From a bacterium (GTDB taxonomy: Bacteria; Patescibacteriota; Minisyncoccia; Phycocordibacterales; JAGLPS01), in contig JAUYHB010000027.1 of assembly GCA_030690305.1 (NCBI GenBank), positions 15,670-79,669 on the forward strand: DNA of 64,000 bases, written 5' to 3'. Below the pieces are notes generated by a model, which made no database searches, was not told the origin of the DNA, and worked only from the letters and a program-made list of their open reading frames with translations. How positions within the stretch are numbered: position 1 is the first letter of the stretch; the number at the start of each line of letters is the position of its first letter. Position numbers and translations under genes: made by a program. Of this stretch, positions 37,232 through 45,091 are shown piece after piece.

Positions 37232-37294
37232 ATGAGGAAGTTGGTCTTTGACAAAAGACTTTTGAATCTCTAGACAGAAAGGAGGATAGATGAC

Positions 37295-38350
37295 ATGAGT
37301 TCATTCCAAGTGAAAATTGTTGGTGATTTCTGTAACATCCGTTGTACATATTGCAGAAACCGTGACTTTGATCAAGATACGAATGTTTTGATGTCTGTGG
37401 CCAATCTAGAAAAACTTTTTGTTTTTCTAGATTCGTTACCACAAGCACGAATTCGTGTGAATTGGCACGGGGGCGAGCCATTGCTGGCAGGAAAAAAGTT
37501 TTTCCATCATATCTTGAGACTGGAAAACCAATATAAGCAAAAAATATGGATGAATGCTGTTCAGACAAATGCCATGTTGATTGATGATGATTGGGCTAAA
37601 CTTTTCCATGATAACCACTTTGATATCGGAGTAAGTATTGATGGAAGTGAACAAACGCATAACAGTGACAGAATAAATGTTGCTGGACGTGGAACATATA
37701 AGGAAGCGATGCGTGGTGTGGAAGCTCTTCGTCATAATAGCATTCATCCCGGCGTTATCTGTACTGTTACTAAAAAGACTGTCAGATACGCAAAAGAGAT
37801 GCTTCTTGATCTAGTGGATGCTGGGTTTAAAAGCATTGCTTTCAATGCTTTCTATAACACAGCGTCAGATTGTGATGGTGATACGTACGGACTAACAGAC
37901 ACAGAATGGCTGGCGTTTCTCATAGAAATATTTGAAACGTGGCTCGTACTTAATGATCCCACAATTCGTGTTCGCGAGTTGGATAGCATGCTTGCATGGA
38001 CCAAATCAAAAAGTGCTAATTCTTGCGTGTATAAAGGTACCTGTTATCAGTGGTTCGCTATCCATTACACTGGCGACATTTATCCTTGTGAAAGGCTGGG
38101 TAAATCTACCCATTTTGGAAGTATTGACTCCCTGAGAACTTTTCAGGACTTAGTGAATACTCCTGTTTTCCTTAATTGGAAAGAGTCAATTGGCCAACTT
38201 CCTCAAAGGTGTCGCACTTGCAGTTTGCAGTCATTGTGTCATAATGGTTGCGTTAGCCATCGGAAAGCAGATGAAGAGGGGGTGCCTCTTTACAGGTATT
38301 GTGAAAGTAGGCTCGGTTTCTATGATTACATCAAGGAAAGACTTAAATGA
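37295..38350 (+). CDS. radical SAM enzyme with a C-terminal SPASM domain (peptide-maturase type)
   Basis: CNIRCTYC (CX3CX2C) radical-SAM cluster motif. C-terminal auxiliary-cluster cysteines CVYKGTC...YPCE...CRTCSLQSLCHNGC are typical of SPASM (anSME/PqqE/MftC/AlbA-like) enzymes. Confidence 0.85.
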   Translation: MSSFQVKIVGDFCNIRCTYCRNRDFDQDTNVLMSVANLEKLFVFLDSLPQARIRVNWHGGEPLLAGKKFFHHILRLENQYKQKIWMNAVQTNAMLIDDDWAKLFHDNHFDIGVSIDGSEQTHNSDRINVAGRGTYKEAMRGVEALRHNSIHPGVICTVTKKTVRYAKEMLLDLVDAGFKSIAFNAFYNTASDCDGDTYGLTDTEWLAFLIEIFETWLVLNDPTIRVRELDSMLAWTKSKSANSCVYKGTCYQWFAIHYTGDIYPCERLGKSTHFGSIDSLRTFQDLVNTPVFLNWKESIGQLPQRCRTCSLQSLCHNGCVSHRKADEEGVPLYRYCESRLGFYDYIKERLK

Positions 38351-38365
38351 AAGGGGGTAAGGACC

Positions 38366-38551
38366 ATGTCACGTAAGAGTAGTTCTTTAGTTAATGAACG
38401 GCAGTCATCGCTATCTGGAAATCTCGCGCTTCAAGGTTCATTTAGCCGGATTGAGGATGGTAGTCGTTTTTCATCAAAAATACCGGAAGTCACGAATTAC
38501 GATGACTATCAGTATTCCGATTGCGACTACGATGACAGTGGAAAAAACTGA
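38366..38551 (+). CDS. putative RiPP precursor peptide (61 aa) with a Tyr/Asp-rich C-terminal core
   Basis: ATG 15 nt after the rSAM stop with AAAGGGGGT RBS. Sequence MSRKSSSLVNERQSSLSGNLALQGSFSRIEDGSRFSSKIPEVTNYDDYQYSDCDYDDSGKN. A strong terminator follows. Confidence 0.55.
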   Translation: MSRKSSSLVNERQSSLSGNLALQGSFSRIEDGSRFSSKIPEVTNYDDYQYSDCDYDDSGKN

Positions 38552-38574
38552 CACGAAGTAAGTTTTTAGTTAGC

Positions 38575-38610
38575 CAAGAGCGGGTTTGCAAAAACCCGCT
38601 CTTTTTTTTA
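38575..38610 (+). terminator. strong rho-independent terminator ending the rSAM-peptide operon
   Basis: GAGCGGGTTT-gca-AAACCCGCTC hairpin followed by TTTTTTTT. Confidence 0.75.
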
Positions 38611-38623
38611 ATATGAATACATT

Positions 38624-39409
38624 GTGAATAAAGATTTGTTAATGTCTTATGATCAGTACTCGAAAATTAAGCATGAAACTCCATATTTTTACATTGCCAA
38701 ATCAACAAAACAATCAATCTACTATTTTGGTTCCAGTCATTCCCATGATCCCAATCATCCGCAATTTGAATTATTAAAAGCGAAATGGAACGAATTTCTT
38801 GATGAAACTAAGGGACTGAAAACAGTAGTTCTTGTAGAAGCACATGAAATGCCAGAGCCAGAAGCTACACTGGAAAAAGAAATTATTAAACATGGTGAGT
38901 CAGGTGCGGGAGCCTATCTAGCGTATAAAAATAAGGCGCTGCTTATCTTTGGAGAACCTCAAAACGATAAAATAATTGTCCATCTGCTTCAATATTTTTC
39001 TAAAGAAGAGATTCTTTTTTGGTATGAATGCCAAGCTATAAAATTTTGGCAGCAACACAAAAAGGGAAGAAGCATACATGAATTTCTTTCAAATCATACT
39101 GAGAAATATCGTAAATTATTTAAATGGCCGGATTTGGTTATATCTTTAGAACTTGTTAATTCGATATATAAAAAATTATTTAATCAAGAGTTGAATATTG
39201 ATGACGAAGAATTATTCTCTCAAATTACCACTCCAATAACTGTTTTATCAAGAATTAATGAATTGTCCAGAAGCCAATCTATCTACAGAAATGAGCAGAT
39301 ATTGGTGCAAATAGAAAAATATTGGAAAGAGGGAAGTAATATTTTTGTTATCTATGGTGCTGGTCATGCGGTTATGCAGGAATCCGCCATCCGTAGTTTA
39401 GTTGGCTAG
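38624..39409 (+). CDS. TraB/GumN (Tiki-like) family protein, putative metalloprotease
   Basis: N-terminal ...IYYFGSSHSHDPNHP... and C-terminal ...FVIYGAGHAVMQESAIRSLVG match the two conserved GxxH blocks of TraB/GumN/Tiki proteins. GTG start; very AT-rich. Confidence 0.55.
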   Translation: MNKDLLMSYDQYSKIKHETPYFYIAKSTKQSIYYFGSSHSHDPNHPQFELLKAKWNEFLDETKGLKTVVLVEAHEMPEPEATLEKEIIKHGESGAGAYLAYKNKALLIFGEPQNDKIIVHLLQYFSKEEILFWYECQAIKFWQQHKKGRSIHEFLSNHTEKYRKLFKWPDLVISLELVNSIYKKLFNQELNIDDEELFSQITTPITVLSRINELSRSQSIYRNEQILVQIEKYWKEGSNIFVIYGAGHAVMQESAIRSLVG

Positions 39410-39432
39410 ACAATTCTTAAGGAATATATTTA

Positions 39433-39903
39433 ATGATACTACGACAAAGAGTAGCTGCGATTGTGGTTAAAGAAGATACGGTGCTTCTAATGCATCGTAT
39501 TAATGATGGAAAGGAATATTATTCTTTTCCTGGTGGTGGCAAGGAAGAAAATGAAAGTCTAGAAACAGGAGCGCTTCGAGAACTTTCTGAAGAAACGACA
39601 GTTGATGCAATAATTGACCGTTTGGTGTATAAGGTTATATGGGATAGCGGTGATGAGAACTACTTCTATCTTTGTAATTACATTTCAGGAGAACCAAAAC
39701 TAAGAGAGGATGCCGAAGAGCTAAAAGAGATGGCTGACGGAAAACAGGCGTATAAGCCGGAATGGGTTTATATTTCCGATTTACCCAACACCCTTTTATA
39801 TCAGTTAGAAATCAGAGATTTACTTATAAAAGACTTAAAAAATGGCTTTCTCGAACATCCTCAAGAACTCTTTATAAAAGTTGAAGAAAGACGTCGGATA
39901 TAA
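39433..39903 (+). CDS. Nudix hydrolase
   Basis: Nudix box GGGKEENESLETGALRELSEETTV. Confidence 0.8.
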   Translation: MILRQRVAAIVVKEDTVLLMHRINDGKEYYSFPGGGKEENESLETGALRELSEETTVDAIIDRLVYKVIWDSGDENYFYLCNYISGEPKLREDAEELKEMADGKQAYKPEWVYISDLPNTLLYQLEIRDLLIKDLKNGFLEHPQELFIKVEERRRI

Positions 39904-39908
39904 ATTAA

Positions 39909-40664
39909 ATGAAAGAAAATACTTCATGGGGAAATGTTGCGGATTGGTATGATACGCACCTTGAACAGGGCGGGGATACGTATCAGCGCAAAGTAATATT
40001 GCCGAATTTGCTTCGGGTGCTTGATTTGAAAGCGGGGGAAAGCGTGCTTGATTTAGCCTGCGGGCAGGGATTTTTCTCCCGTGAATTCGCAAATGCCGGT
40101 GCCAAGGTCATTGGGACCGACATTTCAAAGGAACTTATTGGGTACGCACAAGAACATTCTCCCAAAGAAATTACTTTTCATGTTTCTCCCGCCGACAATC
40201 TTTCTTTCGCTAAAGATGCTGAATTTGATGTGGTTACGATTATTCTTGCAATTCAAAATATTGAAAATATTTCGGGAGTTTTTTCTGAAGTAAAACGTGT
40301 TCTTTCTCCGCAAGGCGGGCTAATCATGGTGCTCAACCACCCGGCATTTAGAATCCCGAAGCAATCGGAATGGGGATGGGACGAGGAAAAGCAAATTCAG
40401 TACCGCAGAATCGACCGCTATCTTTCTCCTCAAAAAATTTCCATTGAAATGCATCCGGGGGAAGAAAAAGGGGAGCAAACGATTTCTTACCACCGTTCCT
40501 TACAGGACTTTTTCAAAGCATTGTCCAAAAACGGTTTTGCAATATCCAAACTTGAAGAATGGATTTCCCACAGAGAAAGCCAGGAAGGCCCGCGTCAGAA
40601 AGCGGAAGACACCGCCCGCAAAGAAATCCCGCTATTTCTGATGCTTGAGGCTAAAAAGATGTAG
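39909..40664 (+). CDS. class I SAM-dependent methyltransferase
   Basis: VLDLACGQGFFSREFA motif I, acidic motif II (GTDIS), IMVLNHPAF. Confidence 0.75.
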   Translation: MKENTSWGNVADWYDTHLEQGGDTYQRKVILPNLLRVLDLKAGESVLDLACGQGFFSREFANAGAKVIGTDISKELIGYAQEHSPKEITFHVSPADNLSFAKDAEFDVVTIILAIQNIENISGVFSEVKRVLSPQGGLIMVLNHPAFRIPKQSEWGWDEEKQIQYRRIDRYLSPQKISIEMHPGEEKGEQTISYHRSLQDFFKALSKNGFAISKLEEWISHRESQEGPRQKAEDTARKEIPLFLMLEAKKM

Positions 40665-41285
40665 TTGGTATTCTCAAACAAAAAATCTTGTATGTCACAC
40701 AATGTATCGTGGGAAAAATATATTAAGAAAACCGAGTCAAACCCACCCCGAGTTTTACTTACTGAAGCAGTAGAACATGTGCGGAATAAAGATGAGGCTC
40801 TTGATTTGGGAGCTGGAGCAATGAACGATTCAAAATACCTTTTATCAGTTGGTTTTAAACATGTAACGGCAATTGACAGTGATATCGCTGCCCAAGAAAA
40901 GGCAAAAGACATCTTAGGAGATAAGTTTTCTTTTTTCTTAAGTAGCTTTGAAAATTTTTCTTTTCCTCATGAGACGTATGACTTGATAAATGCTCAGTAC
41001 GCTTTACCGTATAATTCTCCAAAAACATTTAACAGTTTAATAAAGAACATTACTCTCTCACTTAAACCTAAAGGTGTGTTTGCAGGTCAACTATTTGGTA
41101 ATAAAGATTCTTGGAATACTGAAAACAGTGGTAAAACCTTTCATACAAAAGAAGAGGCTGAAAAGTTATTTTTAGATTTTAAGATAATCAAATTTATAGA
41201 GGAAGAAAATGATAAACCGAGTGTTCTTGGAAAACCAAAACATCAACACCTGTTTAATTTTATAGTTTCAAAACCAGAAAAATAA
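40665..41285 (+). CDS. class I SAM-dependent methyltransferase (small, TehB/TPMT-like size)
   Basis: ALDLGAGAMNDSKYL motif I and AIDSD motif II. Begins immediately after the previous stop (TTG at 40665 or ATG at 40692); AT-rich. Confidence 0.65.
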   Translation: MVFSNKKSCMSHNVSWEKYIKKTESNPPRVLLTEAVEHVRNKDEALDLGAGAMNDSKYLLSVGFKHVTAIDSDIAAQEKAKDILGDKFSFFLSSFENFSFPHETYDLINAQYALPYNSPKTFNSLIKNITLSLKPKGVFAGQLFGNKDSWNTENSGKTFHTKEEAEKLFLDFKIIKFIEEENDKPSVLGKPKHQHLFNFIVSKPEK

Positions 41286-41316
41286 AAAGAGCAGAGAAAA
41301 AATCTCTGCTCTTTAG
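41286..41316. terminator. bidirectional terminator between convergent genes
   Basis: AAAGAGCAGAG-aaaaaat-CTCTGCTCTTT hairpin. Confidence 0.6.
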
Positions 41317-41331
41317 TAAATGGGAGGGGGA

Positions 41332-41553
41332 TTAATTTAACCAGGAAAGCCATAACGGAGATGTTGACGCTTTCAATTTCTTTTCATTCCAGCGGGGAAT
41401 GTGTCTTTGCCCGACCCACGACATATCGTGGAAAAACTGGGCACGGGCTCTTTCTGTTGTGGCCACTTCTTTGGGAGAAGCGACCTTGGTGCAGGCCCTG
41501 TGTGGCCTTTCAGCCTGGGCAATGTCTTCCATAATTCTGGTCCTTAAACTCAT
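41332..41553 (-). CDS. small Trp-rich hypothetical protein (73 aa)
   Basis: Start chosen at the ATG preceded by AAAAAGGAGGATATATG (minus strand), not the longer 41628 ORF; consensus promoter upstream. Confidence 0.5.
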   Translation of the reverse strand: MSLRTRIMEDIAQAERPHRACTKVASPKEVATTERARAQFFHDMSWVGQRHIPRWNEKKLKASTSPLWLSWLN

Positions 41554-41599
41554 ATATCCTCCTTTTTGAAGGTGCAAAAACTTTTCTAACCTAATTCTA

Positions 41600-41629
41600 A
41601 TTATACTATTATTTTTATGTAAAGTCAAG
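41600..41629 (-). promoter_or_regulatory. consensus sigma-70 promoter (minus strand) for the 41332..41553 gene
   Basis: Reverse complement reads TTGACT - 18 nt - TATAAT. Confidence 0.55.
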
Positions 41630-41687
41630 GCACTTATTATCTTTTTGCTTTCAAAAAAGGCCTTATTTTGGTATTATTTCTCCATAT

Positions 41688-42671
41688 ATGACTTCAGGCA
41701 AGAAAATTTTGATTTCAGGTCTTAAGCCTACAGGAAGGCCCCATATCGGAAACTATTTCGGCGCGATGAAGCAATTTGTCGACCTCCAGAGTGACTACAA
41801 TTCGCTCATATTCATCGCCGACCTTCATGCCCTTACTTCGGTTGCAAACAAGCAAGAACTCGCGCAGAGCACCTTGGATGTCGCCATAGACTATCTGGCC
41901 ATCGGCCTTGACCCAAAGAAGGCTCTCATTTTCAAACAATCAGATACTCCGCAAGTGGCCGAACTTGCATGGGTTTTTAATTGTCTTACCACCATGCCGT
42001 ATCTTATGCGTGCGCACGCATTCAAGGATGCGGAAGCAAAAAACAAAGATATCAATGTCGGAATTTTCCAATATCCATTGCTTATGGCGGCTGACATTCT
42101 CTTGAATAATGCCGATGTCGTGCCCGTAGGCATGGACCAGGAACAGCATTTGGAAATCGCTCGCGACACCGCCCGCGCTTTTAATCGTGCGTATGGAGAA
42201 ACATTCAAAGAACCTAAAGCGCTTATTCTGGAAGACGTGAAAACCGTCCCCGGAACAGACGGGCAGAAAATGAGCAAGAGCTACGACAACACCATTCCAC
42301 TTTTTGCGATAAAAGAAGAAATTGAAAAAGCCGTAATGAGCATTCCGACGGATTCTAAAGGCATTGATGAACCAAAAAACCCGGAGCAGGACAAAATATT
42401 CGCTTTGCACAAACTATTTGCGTCGGGAATGCCTCTTGATGAAATCAGAGCGCGGTACGAAAAGGGAGGTATCGGCTACAAGGAATCAAAAGAAATACTT
42501 ATCAGAAACATCGAATCTTTCGCGGCTCCGTTGCGCGAAAAACGAGAAAAAATTGCCCAAGACAAGGAGTACGTAGTCGACCTGCTTTCGGAAAATGGGA
42601 AACGGGCTTTTGAACGGGTGGAAGAAAAGATGAAGGAAGTAAGGGAAAAGGTTGGTTTGACACTTTCATAA
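41688..42671 (+). CDS. trpS: tryptophanyl-tRNA synthetase
   Basis: HIGH-region variant PTGRPHIGNYFGA and KMSKS (QKMSKSYDN); 327 aa. Confidence 0.93.
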   Translation: MTSGKKILISGLKPTGRPHIGNYFGAMKQFVDLQSDYNSLIFIADLHALTSVANKQELAQSTLDVAIDYLAIGLDPKKALIFKQSDTPQVAELAWVFNCLTTMPYLMRAHAFKDAEAKNKDINVGIFQYPLLMAADILLNNADVVPVGMDQEQHLEIARDTARAFNRAYGETFKEPKALILEDVKTVPGTDGQKMSKSYDNTIPLFAIKEEIEKAVMSIPTDSKGIDEPKNPEQDKIFALHKLFASGMPLDEIRARYEKGGIGYKESKEILIRNIESFAAPLREKREKIAQDKEYVVDLLSENGKRAFERVEEKMKEVREKVGLTLS

Positions 42672-42672
42672 C

Positions 42673-44013
42673 ATGGAACGTACATACATCAACAATCTTA
42701 AAAATGAAATTGGCAAGGAAGTTTTGATTTCCGGATGGGTGGACATTCGCCGCGACCACGGAAAACTTATTTTTCTTGACCTGCGGGACGCGAGCGGAAA
42801 GGTGCAATGTGTTACCTCGGCAAAAGATGCGGCATACGCGACTGCAAACGAGCTTCGTTCGGAGTGGGTGATTTCCATAAAGGGGAAAGTAAATGCCCGT
42901 CCGGAAAAGATGGTAAAAACCGACGAAGAAAATGGTTCTGTGGAAATTTATATCGAAGAAATCTCCGTGTTGGGAAAAGCCAAAGAATTGCCTTTTGAAT
43001 TGAGAACGGAACTTAATATCGATACATATCTTGACCATCTTCCGCTCACACTGCGGACTCCCAAAGGCAAGGCTATTTTTAAGGTGCAGGCAACAATCAT
43101 CAACGCATTTCGAAAATTTTTGATAAACGAAAATTTTGTTGAGATTCAAGCACCGAAACTCATCGGCGAAGACGCCGAAGGGGGCGCCAACTCTTTCAAT
43201 GTCGAGTATTTCAAACATACCGCGCATTTAGCTCAAAGCCCTCAGTTCTACAAGCAGATTATGGTTGGCATATTTGAAAAAGTATTTGCAACAGGAAACG
43301 TGTACCGTGCCGAAAAACATTCGACAACACGCCATCTCAACGAATACACAAGCCTTGACCTCGAAATGGGCTTCATCAAAGACCATACGGACATAATGAA
43401 GCTTCAGAATAGATTGCTCGCTTTTATAATGGAAGAACTGAAAACTTCTTGTGAAAAAGAGTTCAAGTTGCTTGGTGCGGAAATTCCGTCCGTACCCGAA
43501 ACAATACCGTCTCTTAAACTTAAAGAAGCTCAGGAGGTACTCAAAAAAGAATATGGAATTGATTGTGGCACTGCTCCCGACCTTGACCCAGACCATGAAC
43601 GCAAACTGTGTGAGTACTCAAAACAAAAATACGATTCGGATTTCATATTTGTTACCCATTTTCCGATGAGTAAGCGCCCGATGTATACGTATGAAGACGA
43701 AAGCGACCCGGGATACGCCAAGGGTTTTGACCTTCTTTTTCGGGGCGTTGAAATAACCACAGGAGGACAACGTATTCACGACCACGACGTTCTTGTAGAA
43801 GCTATGAAAAAGAAAGGTCTTGACCCGGAAAAGTTTTCTTTCTACCTGCAAGCCTTTAAATACGGAATGCCACCGCACGGGGGACTGGGCTTAGGCCTTG
43901 AGCGTATTACGGCGAAACTTCTCGGACTTGAAAACGTCAAAGAAGCGACTCTTTTTCCGCGGGACCTCAACCGCATCGACATTCTTCTCTCCAAAGACGA
44001 TGGAGGAAAATAA
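42673..44013 (+). CDS. aspS: aspartyl-tRNA synthetase, archaeal/eukaryal type (class IIb, probably non-discriminating)
   Basis: OB anticodon-binding N-domain, class II motifs (FRAE.HSTTRHLNEYTSLDLEM; GFDLLFRGVEITTGGQRIHD...GMPPHGGLGLGLERI...LFPRD). Length 446 aa and C-terminus match archaeal-type AspRS rather than bacterial AspRS or AsnRS. Confidence 0.85.
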   Translation: MERTYINNLKNEIGKEVLISGWVDIRRDHGKLIFLDLRDASGKVQCVTSAKDAAYATANELRSEWVISIKGKVNARPEKMVKTDEENGSVEIYIEEISVLGKAKELPFELRTELNIDTYLDHLPLTLRTPKGKAIFKVQATIINAFRKFLINENFVEIQAPKLIGEDAEGGANSFNVEYFKHTAHLAQSPQFYKQIMVGIFEKVFATGNVYRAEKHSTTRHLNEYTSLDLEMGFIKDHTDIMKLQNRLLAFIMEELKTSCEKEFKLLGAEIPSVPETIPSLKLKEAQEVLKKEYGIDCGTAPDLDPDHERKLCEYSKQKYDSDFIFVTHFPMSKRPMYTYEDESDPGYAKGFDLLFRGVEITTGGQRIHDHDVLVEAMKKKGLDPEKFSFYLQAFKYGMPPHGGLGLGLERITAKLLGLENVKEATLFPRDLNRIDILLSKDDGGK

Positions 44014-44749
44014 CTCATTCAAAATAAAGACGGAGGTTTTCGAAGGGCCCTTAGACCTTCTGCTTTCTCTTATTGAAAAACGGAAACTGCTCATCAACGA
44101 TATTTCGCTTGCTCAAGTTACGGACAATTTTATTTCCTATATAAAAAGTTTTTCGGATTTTCCGATAAAGCAGAGCGCGGATTTTATTCTCGTCGCTTCA
44201 ACTCTGGTGCTTATCAAGTCAAAGTCATTGTTGCCGACACTTGAACTTTCCGATGAGGAACAGGGAAGTATTGAAGACTTGGAGCGCCGTCTCAAACAAT
44301 ATAAGCGAATCAAGGAACTAAGCCATCATGTCAAAACACGGTTCGGGGATAAAGTCCTTTTTATGAGAAACCCGAACAAAAACGTGGAGCCTGTTTTTTC
44401 CCCGACAAAAGAAATTACCGTTTCGGCCATGCTTTCATCTATCCGCGATGTTTTAAAAAACTTGCCAAAGGTGGAGCAGCTCGCGAAAGCTGTTGTTGAA
44501 AAAGTAATCAGCCTTGAAGATATGATAGGCCGGCTCATGGAACGTGTTACTTCCAATTTAAAAATGACCTTCAAAGAATTTTCCAAGCACGGAGATATGA
44601 AAACAAAAGAACAAAAAGTGCATGTTGTAGTCAGTTTTCTTGCCCTGCTCGAACTTGTCAAACAAGGGGCGATTAAGGCGGTTCAGGAAAATCTTTTTGA
44701 GGATATTCATCTGGAATCAAATAAAATTAAAACGCCGAATTATACGTAA
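44000..44749 (+). CDS. scpA: segregation and condensation protein A
   Basis: FEGPLDLLLSLIEKRKLLINDISLAQVTDNF ScpA N-terminal signature. Start moved to the internal ATG at 44000 (14-nt overlap with aspS). Confidence 0.85.
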   Translation: MEENNSFKIKTEVFEGPLDLLLSLIEKRKLLINDISLAQVTDNFISYIKSFSDFPIKQSADFILVASTLVLIKSKSLLPTLELSDEEQGSIEDLERRLKQYKRIKELSHHVKTRFGDKVLFMRNPNKNVEPVFSPTKEITVSAMLSSIRDVLKNLPKVEQLAKAVVEKVISLEDMIGRLMERVTSNLKMTFKEFSKHGDMKTKEQKVHVVVSFLALLELVKQGAIKAVQENLFEDIHLESNKIKTPNYT

Positions 44750-44759
44750 TCAAAAAAAT

Positions 44760-45086
44760 ATGAATACGCACATTATTATCATCACCACGTGTCCGAATTT
44801 GGAAGAATCAAGAAAGTTGGCTCAAGGTCTCGTACAGCAGAAACTTGCCGCCTGTGTTCAGCTCGGCCAGATTGAAAGCGTGTACCGTTTTGAGGGTAAA
44901 GTCGAGGATGAAAAAGAATATCGTTTGTATATCAAGACCAAGCGCGACCTTTTCGACCAAGTGAAAGAATATATTCTTTTACACCACTCATACAAATTGC
45001 CTCAAATCGTCGCCATATCCATCGTTGAGGGTTTTGACAAATACTTGCAGTGGATTGATGCAAACACCGCGGAAAGTATACAATAG
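44760..45086 (+). CDS. cutA: divalent-cation tolerance protein CutA
   Basis: About 108 aa, MNTHIIIITTCPNLEESRKLAQGLVQQKLAACVQ....YRFEGKVEDEKEYRLYIKT... CutA1 fold signature. Start at the internal ATG 44760. Confidence 0.8.
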   Translation: MNTHIIIITTCPNLEESRKLAQGLVQQKLAACVQLGQIESVYRFEGKVEDEKEYRLYIKTKRDLFDQVKEYILLHHSYKLPQIVAISIVEGFDKYLQWIDANTAESIQ

Positions 45087-45091
45087 GCCCT

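Noticed and set aside
37295-38350. Annotating the radical SAM enzyme as an anaerobic sulfatase-maturating enzyme
   Set aside because: Its CX3CX2C plus SPASM layout resembles anSME, but there is no sulfatase gene nearby. The adjacent peptide lacks the C/S-x-P-x-R target, and the operon structure points to a peptide-modifying role.
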